Of a DNA stretch of 64,000 nt, positions 51,614 through 62,068 are shown in pieces. A program made the translations under genes and the position numbers. Each line of letters begins with the position of its first letter. Position 1 is the first letter of the stretch. Origin of the DNA: an uncultured Parachlamydiaceae bacterium (lineage in GTDB: Bacteria; Chlamydiota; Chlamydiia; Chlamydiales; Parachlamydiaceae); contig CAVVXH010000011.1 in the NCBI GenBank assembly GCA_963752155.1, positions 224,001 to 288,000 of the forward strand. Reading direction: 5' to 3'. Below the pieces are notes generated by a model, which did not search any database, had not been told where the DNA came from, and worked only from the letters and a program-made list of their open reading frames with translations.

Positions 51614-54301
51614 ATGAGTAAAAATGCATCTATAAAAAACCATGACAACGCAAGCTCTAACATCTTGCTTTCCCTTTCTGACTTTAAACGGATTTGTCAA
51701 AAATGGAAACGACCCATTATCCGAAGTAGCTTACTCTGTGCAGCTTTAGGGGTAATTGTATCCTTACTGCTACCCGTTAAATATACCTCTGAAGCCACTT
51801 TTTATGAAAAAGCTAAATCTTCAAATGGCAGCAACAGTTCTACAAAAAATACTGCTCTGCTCTTGTTAGGAGAGGAAAGAGAAAATTCGGCAATCGTCAT
51901 GCTAAAGTCTCGTAAAATCCTCGAGTCTGCAATCAAAAAACTCGATTTACAAGCGACCATAGAGCCCTATACCATCCTTCCCACCGCAATCACTAAAATC
52001 ATCCAACATCTCAACTATGCAAAAGAAAATCTGATGGCTCAAGGAGCCTACCTGATTAGAAGCAAATATCCCATCATCAAGGATACAATTCCCGAAATAG
52101 TCGCAAAGAACCTCAACTATTCCGGAGAAGTTCCTTTATATTACGAGTTACAATTCACTTCTCCAACAAAATATATCGTCATTGACTCGATCGAGGGAAG
52201 AATCGGAGAAGGTTCATTAGGCATCCCTTTTCAACGGGAAAATATACAGTTTACTTTGGAGGCAACTCCTCGCACAGCTTCTCATCAAAGCGCTTATCAA
52301 ATGAAAGTCAAACCTATCCGTCAGATGGCCGAAGATGTATCCTCAGACCTAAAAGTTGTTTCTGACTATAAAGACAAATCATTTATCACCTTAACGCTAC
52401 AGTTTCGATCACGCCAAGAAACAAGCACTCTTTTAAATGCTATCATGGGAGCTTACCGAAAACATTTACATGATGAACATCACTTAACAGTTGCGAGCCA
52501 AGTCGAGTACTTAAAAGATCGTCGTCATGATATGGAAGAACAACTTTCCACAGTCATGCAGGAACACGCAGAACAACTTTCGGTTCATGCAGGGAATTTG
52601 GATCTGCTTGTAGCAACTCAACAAAATTTACAAAAAAAACTTCTTACTATCGATCTTGAAATCAAACATATTCAACAAGTTCTCAATGAGGGTCCTCATC
52701 TTCAAGCTCAATATTCTTCAGAAAGCGATCCTCCATTTATCCATCAGACCCTAGCAGAAATCCGACGTTATCAACAACACTGTGACTCAATTGACATTGC
52801 ATTAGGAAATTCATCCGACAAAAGTATTAAATTACATCCTATGCCTCTAAATCCTCAATGGGAGAGATTAGCATCGATTCGACAGCTGATCCATGAGCAA
52901 ACTCCTGCACAAGAATTTCAGGGAATCGATTTAGAAACCGCCAATGCCCTATACCTTTCGCAATGTCGTGAATTGAGTGAAACAGAAGCAAACGCTAACC
53001 AATATAAATATATCATTGATAAAATTCCAAATCCAGACTTTGAAATGAGTTCTTTGATAGCCATTTTGACTGATCCTGTAAGCCAAGAGATCGTTAAAAA
53101 GGCAAGTACACTCGCTGTAACTATAAAAGATCAATCCAATCGCACTCAGAAAGAACTCGAGCGTTTAAATCACGATTTAGATTTACAACGAAACGTTCTT
53201 AGCATCCATTTGAACCACATCATCGAAATTTCAAAATTGCGAGCAGACTTTCTTCGCTCTAAAATTAAATCCATTCAGGCTGTCACTTTTGAACTACTTC
53301 AGCAGAAAATTTCACTATTGGAAAAATCCTTATATGACTACGCAACGTCCCGTCTCAACAGCTTAAAACATGAACAAACTTTGATCCTTCAACAAAAACA
53401 GGCTTTACAAAATGATTTTGAAAAGCTGCCTGAACAATGGGCAACAGAAAAGCTTCTCAATCTATATCTTCAAACAGATGCCACCGTCATGCAAACTATT
53501 GGAAGCTTAATTGAATCAAAAAATATTTCCGATCATTTAGAAATGTCTCTCTCAGCTCCTTTTGATTCGGCAACCCCTCCTTTGCATCCTAAATCCCCCC
53601 ACCTTCTCATTTGGGCTCTTCTTGGAGCTTTCTTAGGTGGTGTAGGTATGACGTTCTTTGCAATCACTCAAGCTGTCAAAGAAGGTATTGATGCTACAGA
53701 AGATAATTTATGTCTAGCGGGTCAACACGTTGCAGGGGCTCTATCGCCAAATTACCCAAAAGAAGAAAATCTTGAAACGTTAAGACATTTGGCAGCTTAT
53801 CTTTGCCCGATACAAACTCAAGTAATCAATTCGAATCGTGCTGAAGCTCTGCTTTTACTTGAAAATAATGGCTATAGCTACGCTGCAGAATTTGCAGAAC
53901 TCCTCAGCAAACGAAACCTTAAAGTTATCCTCATATGGATGACATTCGATGCAGTAGAAAGCTCATCAGATGGGTTATTATCCTATCTACAGGGCTTTTC
54001 AAAAAAAATCGAAATCAAACACGAAACGTCATTTGATGAGATCTCTGCTGGAGGTACAACGTCCTATAATGTGGAACTTCTTGAATCACCCACATTTCAA
54101 AAGTTATTATCTCAATTGCGAGAAAATTACGATTATATTATTGCTGTTAGTAAAGCTTCTCTCCTAAGCGCAGAAGCTGAGGCCCTTCTTGCACTATTTG
54201 ATGGTGCAGCGATAACAATTACAGACCAAAAACTGCATGAACTTGACGGTTTCTTTGCTCAAGAGAAAAAGCATTCCTTTATCATCTCATATCCGGAGTA
54301 G
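51614..54301 (+). CDS. Wzc-like polysaccharide co-polymerase with degenerate kinase domain
   Basis: Two TM segments flanking a long coiled-coil region; LKSRKILE, D.A.PP..P.SP before TM2; C-domain ELLES..F..LL..LRENYDYII, but no Walker A or Tyr cluster; follows wza. Confidence 0.78.
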   Translation: MSKNASIKNHDNASSNILLSLSDFKRICQKWKRPIIRSSLLCAALGVIVSLLLPVKYTSEATFYEKAKSSNGSNSSTKNTALLLLGEERENSAIVMLKSRKILESAIKKLDLQATIEPYTILPTAITKIIQHLNYAKENLMAQGAYLIRSKYPIIKDTIPEIVAKNLNYSGEVPLYYELQFTSPTKYIVIDSIEGRIGEGSLGIPFQRENIQFTLEATPRTASHQSAYQMKVKPIRQMAEDVSSDLKVVSDYKDKSFITLTLQFRSRQETSTLLNAIMGAYRKHLHDEHHLTVASQVEYLKDRRHDMEEQLSTVMQEHAEQLSVHAGNLDLLVATQQNLQKKLLTIDLEIKHIQQVLNEGPHLQAQYSSESDPPFIHQTLAEIRRYQQHCDSIDIALGNSSDKSIKLHPMPLNPQWERLASIRQLIHEQTPAQEFQGIDLETANALYLSQCRELSETEANANQYKYIIDKIPNPDFEMSSLIAILTDPVSQEIVKKASTLAVTIKDQSNRTQKELERLNHDLDLQRNVLSIHLNHIIEISKLRADFLRSKIKSIQAVTFELLQQKISLLEKSLYDYATSRLNSLKHEQTLILQQKQALQNDFEKLPEQWATEKLLNLYLQTDATVMQTIGSLIESKNISDHLEMSLSAPFDSATPPLHPKSPHLLIWALLGAFLGGVGMTFFAITQAVKEGIDATEDNLCLAGQHVAGALSPNYPKEENLETLRHLAAYLCPIQTQVINSNRAEALLLLENNGYSYAAEFAELLSKRNLKVILIWMTFDAVESSSDGLLSYLQGFSKKIEIKHETSFDEISAGGTTSYNVELLESPTFQKLLSQLRENYDYIIAVSKASLLSAEAEALLALFDGAAITITDQKLHELDGFFAQEKKHSFIISYPE

Positions 54302-54309
54302 TACTGAAG

Positions 54310-55377
54310 ATGGAAATAGTTTCGTATCTCGATTTAAACGGAGTCCTTTCCGAAAGCTACCACGATACGATAGATCCGAAAATACTTCTCAAGGGTTATC
54401 GAACGATGGCCTTGACTCGACATATCGATGAACGGATGATCACTCTGCAAAGACAGGGAACGATCACCTTTGCGATGAGTTCCCTTGGAGAAGAAGCTTG
54501 TTCAGTAGCAAGCGCTGCTGCATTACAGCCGCAAGATTGGATGTATCCTCAATATCGTGAAGCAGCAATATTTTTTTGGCGTGGTGGAACCCCTCAACAA
54601 TATATCCACCATATGTTTTGCAATGAAATGGATATTCTTCAAGGGCGTCAAATGCCCAATCATTTCGGTTCACGTCAGCTGAATATTGTTCAGGTCTCTT
54701 CCCCAATAGGCACTAAAATTCCTCACGCAGCAGGATGCGGCTATGCAATGCGCATAAAAAAAGAAGATGGCGTAGCTATTTGTTACTTTGGCGAAGGAGC
54801 CACCTCCGAGGGAGATTTTCATGTTGGAATCAATTTTGCCGCGGTCCGCAAATCTCAAACAATCTTCTTCTGCCGTAATAATGGTTACGCCATTTCAACT
54901 CCCTGTAGCGAACAATTTGCTTCTGATGGTATTGCCCCAAAGGGCATTGGCTATGGGATTCAATCCGTTCGCGTAGATGGAAATGATTTTTTTGCTGTCT
55001 ATGATGTAGTAGCTAAGGCGAGGGCCCATTGTCTTGCTGGAAAAGGGCCTGTTTTAATTGAGGCCATGACCTATCGAATGGGAGCACACTCCACTTCAGA
55101 CGATCCCTCCATTTATCGCAAAGATGAAGAGGTCAAAAGCTGGGAACCAAAAGATCCTCTTCTACGTTTAGGCCTCTATCTTAAAAAACAAAAACTCATG
55201 AATGATGAACAAGAATGTCTACTGCAAAAATCTATCACTGAAGAAGTCGATGTGGCTATAGCAGAAGCTAAGATTTGTAGAAAACCCTCTTTACGCTCCA
55301 TGTTTGAGAACGTTTATTTTGAAGTCCCTTCTCATCTTGAACGTCAATACGAACAACGCTTACAGGAGAACGTGTAA
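54310..55377 (+). CDS. 2-oxoacid dehydrogenase E1 alpha (branched-chain type)
   Basis: LQRQG, PQYRE, GRQMPNHFGS, GEGATSEGDFH...NNGYAIST TPP motif, YRMGAHSTSDDP. Confidence 0.92.
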   Translation: MEIVSYLDLNGVLSESYHDTIDPKILLKGYRTMALTRHIDERMITLQRQGTITFAMSSLGEEACSVASAAALQPQDWMYPQYREAAIFFWRGGTPQQYIHHMFCNEMDILQGRQMPNHFGSRQLNIVQVSSPIGTKIPHAAGCGYAMRIKKEDGVAICYFGEGATSEGDFHVGINFAAVRKSQTIFFCRNNGYAISTPCSEQFASDGIAPKGIGYGIQSVRVDGNDFFAVYDVVAKARAHCLAGKGPVLIEAMTYRMGAHSTSDDPSIYRKDEEVKSWEPKDPLLRLGLYLKKQKLMNDEQECLLQKSITEEVDVAIAEAKICRKPSLRSMFENVYFEVPSHLERQYEQRLQENV

Positions 55378-56354
55378 TGCCTGTCATGAACATCATTCAA
55401 TCCCTCAATCATACCCTACATGAGGCATTTGCTGCTGACGAGCGATTATTGACTTTTGGAGAAGATGTGGGTGCTTTTGGCGGTGTCTTTAGAGTAACAT
55501 CCGGTCTTCAAAAGGAATTTGGTGATGCACGTTGCTTTAATACTCCGCTTGCAGAAGGGGGAATTATCGGGTTTGGAATTGGTATCGCACAAAAAGGTCT
55601 TAAGCCTATTTGTGAAATACAATTTGCCGACTATATTTTTCCTGCTTATGATCAAATTGTCAATGAACTTGCTAAGATGCGATATCGCACGGGTAATCAA
55701 TACAGTACTCCACTCATTATTAGAACACCTTGCGGTGGAGGAATTCACGGCGGCCACTATCATTCTCAATCCCCCGAAGCCCAATTCTTGCACACTCCAG
55801 GTCTCAATGTCGTTTATATTTCATCGCCTTACGATGCTAAGGGGTTATTACTGACTGCTATTGAAAGCAATGATCCAGTACTTATCTTCGAACCGAAACG
55901 ACTCTACCGTTCATTAAAAGAAGAGGTTCCTCTCGAAAAATACATGATTCCATTCGGACAAGCCCACATTGCACGGAGGGGTAAATCCATCACTCTTTTA
56001 GGATGGGGCGCGCAACATCATCAAAACTGCCAAGCTGCCGATGAATTACGAAAAAGCCACAATCTTGAGGTTGAAGTCATCAATTTGCGCACATTAAATC
56101 CACTTGACCTTGATGCAATTGTTAACTCCATAAAAAAAACAGGACGCTGCGTCATTGCTCATGAAGCCCCTCAGACAATGGGATTTGGAGCTGAACTTGC
56201 GGCCCTAATCATGGAGGAATGTTTTCTGTATCTCGAAGCCCCTGTCAAAAGATGCTGTGGCCTTGATACCCCTTTTCCCAACGCCCTGGAGAATGAATAT
56301 TTGCCGGAAGCTCCGCGCGTCAAACAAGCAATCCTGGAAGTGATGGAGTATTGA
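55377..56354 (+). CDS. 2-oxoacid dehydrogenase E1 beta (branched-chain type)
   Basis: GEDVG.FGGVFR, FNTPLAE, EIQFADYIFPAYDQI, GGHYHSQSPEA, FEPKRLYR. Confidence 0.92.
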   Translation: MPVMNIIQSLNHTLHEAFAADERLLTFGEDVGAFGGVFRVTSGLQKEFGDARCFNTPLAEGGIIGFGIGIAQKGLKPICEIQFADYIFPAYDQIVNELAKMRYRTGNQYSTPLIIRTPCGGGIHGGHYHSQSPEAQFLHTPGLNVVYISSPYDAKGLLLTAIESNDPVLIFEPKRLYRSLKEEVPLEKYMIPFGQAHIARRGKSITLLGWGAQHHQNCQAADELRKSHNLEVEVINLRTLNPLDLDAIVNSIKKTGRCVIAHEAPQTMGFGAELAALIMEECFLYLEAPVKRCCGLDTPFPNALENEYLPEAPRVKQAILEVMEY

Positions 56355-57569
56355 ATGGGAACTATTTTCACTGTAACTTTTCCCGATATTGGAGAAGGTG
56401 TCGTCGAGGGGGAAGTGATTGAATGGCACAAAAAAGAAGGGGACTCGGTTAAACAAGATGAGCCTGTTGTGATGGTCATGACCGACAAGGCCACAGTAGA
56501 GCTCCCCTCTCCTCATCCCGGAATATTTAAAAAGCAATACTATGCGCCCGGGGAAATGGCTATTAAGGATAAGCCATTATACGATATTGAACTAGCTGAA
56601 GGTCAAAAGGGAGAGCAAACTGAACGAACCAAGAAAACTGATCCCATTCATCATTCTGAACAAAAACAAGCAATTCCCGTTCCTCCTACATCTAATGAGT
56701 CTTCCATAGGTAAAAATTTAGCGACTCCAAAAGTTAGAGGACTTGCGAAAGAATTAGGAATTTCGATCGAAGAGATCCATGGAACAGGCAAAGATGGAAG
56801 AGTGACTTCTGAAGATCTGCGTCAAAAAACTATGTGTTCGATGACTTCGGTAACTCCTTTGTGGCATCTACCAGGAGACACGGAAATGCCGATCATAGGC
56901 ATTAAAGCGCGAATGGCCAAAAAAATGACCGAATCGAAAGAACTGATTCCTTCATTTTCTTATTTTGAAGAAGTTGAAGTTACCCGTTTAATTCAATTAA
57001 AAGCGAGCATGAAAACCAAAGCCACGCAAGAAGGAGTCCATCTGACATACATGCCTTTTATTCTCAAGGCACTTTCTGCATGTATCGTTAAATTTCCTTT
57101 TTTGAATAGTTCGTATGATAAAGAAAATTCGAAACTTATTTTACACCGTCAACAAAACATTGGTATTGCTGTAGCGACCCCTTTAGGGCTGATTGTACCT
57201 GTATTAAAGGAAATTGAGAAGTTATCATTGGAACCCCTCATCCGCAACTATGAAGAGCTCATTTTGCGTGCGCAGCAAGGTAAATTGCATCCTTCGGATA
57301 TGAAAGAAGCGACTTTTACTGTCAGTAATTTTGGCAGCAATGGAAGCCATGGACTGTGGGCAACCCCAGTCATTAACTACCCCGAAGTGGCGATTCTTGC
57401 CATAGGGAAGATCCATGCACAGCCGGTTGTGAGAAATGGAGAAGTTGTCGTGCGAGAAATGCTCAATTTATCCTGGAGCTTCGACCATCGAATTATCGAT
57501 GGAGAAGCAGCAGCACATATTTCGAGTCATCTATGCAAGCTGTTGCAAAATCCAGCGAGTCTACTTTAA
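56355..57569 (+). CDS. Dihydrolipoamide acyltransferase E2
   Basis: PDIGEGV.EGE, MTDKATVE lipoyl-Lys, ATPKVR.LA binding domain, SFDHRIIDG catalytic motif. Confidence 0.93.
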   Translation: MGTIFTVTFPDIGEGVVEGEVIEWHKKEGDSVKQDEPVVMVMTDKATVELPSPHPGIFKKQYYAPGEMAIKDKPLYDIELAEGQKGEQTERTKKTDPIHHSEQKQAIPVPPTSNESSIGKNLATPKVRGLAKELGISIEEIHGTGKDGRVTSEDLRQKTMCSMTSVTPLWHLPGDTEMPIIGIKARMAKKMTESKELIPSFSYFEEVEVTRLIQLKASMKTKATQEGVHLTYMPFILKALSACIVKFPFLNSSYDKENSKLILHRQQNIGIAVATPLGLIVPVLKEIEKLSLEPLIRNYEELILRAQQGKLHPSDMKEATFTVSNFGSNGSHGLWATPVINYPEVAILAIGKIHAQPVVRNGEVVVREMLNLSWSFDHRIIDGEAAAHISSHLCKLLQNPASLL

Positions 57570-57602
57570 GGCAGGAAATCAGGACATAAATCGCTGAACA
57601 TA

Positions 57603-58634
57603 TCAAAATAGAGTGCAGCTAACACCAAGTGATTGCAGGTTTTCACCAGGCGCGATGATCCCTTTTACAGCATTCATCATTGCTACTCTTTCTTCACAAC
57701 TCATTTTCCTTAAGGCTATCAGCTCTTGACTTTTTATTTCTTGACGTTTTAACTGCGCTCGGTTCTCTTCTTCAAGCTTTTTTTGTGCAAAGCCTAAGTC
57801 CACCTCTTTATTTTTTAGGCGATTTTCTCGCTTTGCATTCTTTTCCTGTAAACTCTGCTTTCGATAATCTATGTCTTTTTGATGTGCAAATACTTCACTT
57901 TGTAACTGCATTTCAAAGGCCCGATACTTCTCTTTTGAAGCAAATTGAGCATGTTGTAAAAATAAACCAAACATTTCTTTTTCTTCGTTAAGTTTTTGGA
58001 CACGCTTAGTCAATTCAATTCCAAGCTCGTGATTTTGTTGATCCCTTAAAATCTGTGCTTGTTCAGCGACTAGGTGAATTTCTGTCATTCTCGCTGAAAA
58101 TAATAGGGTGATTGCTCTTTCACATTTTCCCAACTGATCCTGTTGATTGATGAGCGCAATCGATCTTTCCGCATGAGAAAAAAGAGCTTCAATGAGCTCT
58201 TTGATAGCATTTCCCCAAGATTGGAAATTCTGAACATCGGCAGGCACAGCAGTACCTGCACGAATTTTATTATGTACATCACGAAAGTACTCTAGACGAA
58301 GTCCGATTAATTGTTTTGTTTCTGTTCTGCAGTCTTGGATAATTCCCCTAATTTGTTTTCTATCATCTTCTAAAATTTCGTACTGAATGTTTAAGATTTC
58401 CATCATTTTACTGTGAATTTCCAGTGTTGCTTGTGATGTAAGGAGCCCTCCTTGTAAACTGGTCAGGGTAGCATCAGCGCTGCGATTAGATACATTAAGC
58501 CCATACGGATCCGCACGATCGATCCCGTAATTAACACCATGGGCAGACGCATTCACCCCATATGGGTCTCTTCGATTAATCCCATAGCCACCATCATACT
58601 GATGACCAGCAACTAAATTATATGGATCTGCCAT
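57603..58634 (-). CDS. Coiled-coil protein with N-terminal DPYG repeats and C-terminal CaaX (CTLF)
   Basis: 343 aa; AGGAG RBS; ends VSCTLF*. Confidence 0.8.
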   Translation of the reverse strand: MADPYNLVAGHQYDGGYGINRRDPYGVNASAHGVNYGIDRADPYGLNVSNRSADATLTSLQGGLLTSQATLEIHSKMMEILNIQYEILEDDRKQIRGIIQDCRTETKQLIGLRLEYFRDVHNKIRAGTAVPADVQNFQSWGNAIKELIEALFSHAERSIALINQQDQLGKCERAITLLFSARMTEIHLVAEQAQILRDQQNHELGIELTKRVQKLNEEKEMFGLFLQHAQFASKEKYRAFEMQLQSEVFAHQKDIDYRKQSLQEKNAKRENRLKNKEVDLGFAQKKLEEENRAQLKRQEIKSQELIALRKMSCEERVAMMNAVKGIIAPGENLQSLGVSCTLF

Positions 58635-58644
58635 AAAATCTCCT

Positions 58645-59478
58645 TTATTGTAGAATGCATCCAGTTTTTTGTTTAGGTGGTCTATTTTCCCGTGCTTCTA
58701 TCCTACGGGTTTGATTGGTTTCTTTAATTTCTAGGATTCTCTCTTGATGAGCAAGAGCCTGACGCTCAGTTTGGAGTTCTAATTTTTTCTGCTTAAAGCC
58801 CAATTTTTGTCGTTCTATTTCAAGCTGTTGATCATCCTTTTGTTTTTGATATTGAAAAACTTCTCGTTGCTGTTCTCTAGCATAACCATCCTGTTCTCTT
58901 TCTAGAGAAATTTTCTCTTTCTCAATGAATTGATTAAACTTTTGCTCTTGCACTTGAAGTTCCATCTCTTTTCGTTTGACTGTCATTTCAAAATCTGCTT
59001 TTCGACATTCGATATCTAATTTGATTAATTCTTTATATTCATTCAAAAGCTTTTGCCTTAAATCAAACATAACTTTAAATAGCGCATCATATTTATCGGG
59101 ATCAAAGCCTGCATCTTGCAGTTCTATTGCCCTTGAGGCAGTTTGATAAATGAGGTTAAGATAGTTTTTATATTCCTGTGAAATAAATGTGTATGCTTTA
59201 ACTGTTTCTTGATCCAAACCTCCTTGTTCCCTAAATCGCCTGGACATCTCTTGCAGATCAGCTCTTGCTTCGGCTTGTACTTCTATTGATTCTTTTAACC
59301 ATTGATTGCAAATTTCTTTAATCTGATTCTCTTCTATTCTGATCTGATGCGAATGATTACGGAAAGCAGCTGTGATGTCGGCAAACAATGCTTTTTGATT
59401 GACATCAAGCTGTTGAAGTTGGTTGTTAGCCCTTTCAATAAGAGGCATTTGATTTGCTCTATAAACCGTTGGTTCCAT
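58645..59478 (-). CDS. Coiled-coil protein with basic tail and C-terminal CaaX (CILQ)
   Basis: Start MEPTVYR after AAGGAG; ends RPPKQKTGCILQ*. Confidence 0.8.
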   Translation of the reverse strand: MEPTVYRANQMPLIERANNQLQQLDVNQKALFADITAAFRNHSHQIRIEENQIKEICNQWLKESIEVQAEARADLQEMSRRFREQGGLDQETVKAYTFISQEYKNYLNLIYQTASRAIELQDAGFDPDKYDALFKVMFDLRQKLLNEYKELIKLDIECRKADFEMTVKRKEMELQVQEQKFNQFIEKEKISLEREQDGYAREQQREVFQYQKQKDDQQLEIERQKLGFKQKKLELQTERQALAHQERILEIKETNQTRRIEARENRPPKQKTGCILQ

Positions 59479-59530
59479 GATTTCTCCTTTTTTTCTAGAA
59501 AAAATAAAGCGAATTGCGTAGTTGTTATTC

Positions 59531-61117
59531 CTAATCTGGTCCCATGAGATCAATTACTCTTTTTTGGGCCTCTTTGTTGCCGTTTACAACATCTTTTATG
59601 TCTTGCTCCGTAATACCCTTTGCCCTAAGCAGATCGTCTACCCTTTCTTGGGATGTCATGTATTGCAAAAACTTCACAGATTTTTCCCCTACTCCCAAAC
59701 TTTGGGCTACCGTAGCTAATACAAAACCATATGGATTTTTCTTGATTAACCAAGGAGCTAAATCAATTGTATTACTAATAATCTTCTCGACGAATGACAA
59801 CTCAACATCTTCATTTTGCTGCTGGTTTTTTGGTTGGTCTTGCAAATTATGATTGGTATGGACATTGGGGATTTGAGGATTTTCTTGTCTACGGCTACCA
59901 GAAAAACTCAGAGTTTGATGAGACATTGCTTGTGGAGATTGAATTGGAAATTCTACTTTCTTAGGTTGAGCATTCAGTGGACGCGGGCTGGGCTTATCAA
60001 TGGTAGAGCTTATAGTCAATGAAGAAGGGTTCGGACTTGCTTGCAAGACTCTTGGAGCTGGATTTGTGGAATGGAGATGACTACCCCTTCCGATTTCAGG
60101 AACTTTGCTATTTAATACACGTCCAGATTGAGCTTGAGAAGCAAAATGGGGAATCACTTGCCCCGCTAGAGAAATGATTCGGTCGAAAGAGGCAATCCTA
60201 TCTTGCGAATTCATTTTTGCTAATTCTACATGTTCAATACTGCTAATTTTCCTCATTTCTATATCTCGTGTATTACTTTGAGCATTAAGGTTACACTCAC
60301 GATGATAATCAAGTTGTTTATTCTGTACCTGATTATCTAATCGAACTTTCTTCTTTTCTAAATCGAATTTCGCAAAGTCGAATTTTTCTAAGTGATCTTG
60401 TTTTCTCATGGTCATCATATTTTCAAATTGTCTCTGATTTTCTTCAGAAAGTAACTTTGCTCTTACTAAAACCTGCTGAAATTTCTGTGCTTCTTCTTGA
60501 AGAACGAGGTTTCTCTGCTTAATTTCTATTTCTAATTCATGATTTTCCTGTTTGCGTAATTCTTCCATACGAGTTTTAACTTCTTGTATATCCAGCATCC
60601 TCCCACGGAAAATTGCTTCAATCTCAGATAGATAATCATCGAGTTTCTTTTCTCTTAGTTGCTTGGCAAGAGAAAGAGCTTGAACAGCGATGTGGAAGCA
60701 GTGATCGTTGTATTCACAAACAGCTTTTTTTACAAACTGCCTTCGTCGTTCTGCTTGTTGTATGTCTCCTCCTTGACGAACAAACTCAATTTCTTCAAGA
60801 GTCACTTCTTTAAATTTTTGGGTCATGATCTTGGAGTCTCTTTGCCAATCGTCACATTTTTCTTCAACATCCCAATCTTCTGCAGTAAACGTGGGCACTG
60901 TTACATCGGAAATACGCCTGCCTCCTCTTGTTGACAACTCTTTTGCCAATTCATGGCTAGGCAATGACTCCTGTTGATGCCGACTATCCCAAGAAGTAGA
61001 ATCAAAAAGATAATTACCCGAAGCAACATTTTGTACTGGGTTGATTTGTTGCGTTGAATTAAACTCAAATCCGCCCCAGCTTGTTGATATTGAATTTTTA
61101 GATACCCCTGTTTGCAT
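59531..61117 (-). CDS. Coiled-coil protein with Pro/Ser/Gln-rich linker (array member)
   Basis: Start MQTGVSK avoids overlap with the upstream gene; shares the IF..R...........ENHELEIE......L.EE.QKF block with neighbours. Confidence 0.78.
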   Translation of the reverse strand: MQTGVSKNSISTSWGGFEFNSTQQINPVQNVASGNYLFDSTSWDSRHQQESLPSHELAKELSTRGGRRISDVTVPTFTAEDWDVEEKCDDWQRDSKIMTQKFKEVTLEEIEFVRQGGDIQQAERRRQFVKKAVCEYNDHCFHIAVQALSLAKQLREKKLDDYLSEIEAIFRGRMLDIQEVKTRMEELRKQENHELEIEIKQRNLVLQEEAQKFQQVLVRAKLLSEENQRQFENMMTMRKQDHLEKFDFAKFDLEKKKVRLDNQVQNKQLDYHRECNLNAQSNTRDIEMRKISSIEHVELAKMNSQDRIASFDRIISLAGQVIPHFASQAQSGRVLNSKVPEIGRGSHLHSTNPAPRVLQASPNPSSLTISSTIDKPSPRPLNAQPKKVEFPIQSPQAMSHQTLSFSGSRRQENPQIPNVHTNHNLQDQPKNQQQNEDVELSFVEKIISNTIDLAPWLIKKNPYGFVLATVAQSLGVGEKSVKFLQYMTSQERVDDLLRAKGITEQDIKDVVNGNKEAQKRVIDLMGPD

Positions 61118-61145
61118 AAAACTTACCCTTATTAAAACAATTGAT

Positions 61146-62018
61146 TTACTGAATCGAACAACGTTTATGGTGATGATGACCACGACCACCTCTTGGAACT
61201 GGTTGTTGGACTGGCCGTGGAGCTGGTGCTGCAGGGGCAGGTGGAAGACCAACTCCTTCACATTCTACGCTACCTGGTTTCACTAATTTATTTACCCAGT
61301 CAATCTCAGGCGGGATTGCTTTCACTTTCTTGTTTACGTGATTTCCTTTAATGAAGATCTGTGCAACAGCAAGTTCATTTGCGTGAGCTTGTATATACTT
61401 ATCAAAAGTCTCCTGCAGCATATTCCTTTCCACTGCTTCTTTTTGTAGTTGCAGTTCTTGTACTTTGTTCATTTCTTGGAGCTTTCTAGCGTTTTCTTGA
61501 TTCCTTGCGATTTCTTCTATCTCTCGTTCTCTTTCTCGGATTTGTTGTTGAGCTCTTTCAAACTCTAAGTTTCTTTGTTGGATAATTCCTGCTGCTTGAC
61601 TTGACTGTTGGAATGCTTCCCATTGGGCCTTTAATACCATGTCAATAATATTTTGAACTCTCTCTATGGAAGCATTTTGCATTTCAAGTGCTTTAGTAGC
61701 AAACACTTCAAATGTCTGAGCTTGACTATCTTTTGCCAGAACCATAACTTCCTTATAAATTGCTATTAATTCTTTTTGCTCAGCAAGAGGTAATCCTTTT
61801 ATTTCTTGAAGAAGCTGTTGATGCGTTTGTGATATTGCGTCTCGAGCTACTTTGTAAGCTTGTACCAATTCTTCTTGTGTCCTCGTATGATCTTCACCAA
61901 TTTTTTGCATAATTCCTTGGACAGCCACTATTACTTGAGGTGGAAGTTGTATTATCTGTCCGTCTTGGTTATAAGCGTCAACGATATTGTTTAATCCACC
62001 GATTGCCACTGGTTCCAT
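61146..62018 (-). CDS. Coiled-coil protein with Pro-rich linker, basic/His tail and C-terminal CaaX (CSIQ)
   Basis: GAGGAG RBS; ends PRGGRGHHHHKRCSIQ*. Confidence 0.8.
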   Translation of the reverse strand: MEPVAIGGLNNIVDAYNQDGQIIQLPPQVIVAVQGIMQKIGEDHTRTQEELVQAYKVARDAISQTHQQLLQEIKGLPLAEQKELIAIYKEVMVLAKDSQAQTFEVFATKALEMQNASIERVQNIIDMVLKAQWEAFQQSSQAAGIIQQRNLEFERAQQQIREREREIEEIARNQENARKLQEMNKVQELQLQKEAVERNMLQETFDKYIQAHANELAVAQIFIKGNHVNKKVKAIPPEIDWVNKLVKPGSVECEGVGLPPAPAAPAPRPVQQPVPRGGRGHHHHKRCSIQ

Positions 62019-62068
62019 TTTTTTCTCCTCTCATTTGCGTGGGCTTGGACATATTTATCAAAAGTTTC

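Noticed and set aside
61118..61261. N-terminal extension of the 59531 ORF in the ORF track
   Set aside because: It overlaps the CSIQ-ending gene in another frame; ATG 61117 is the more plausible start.
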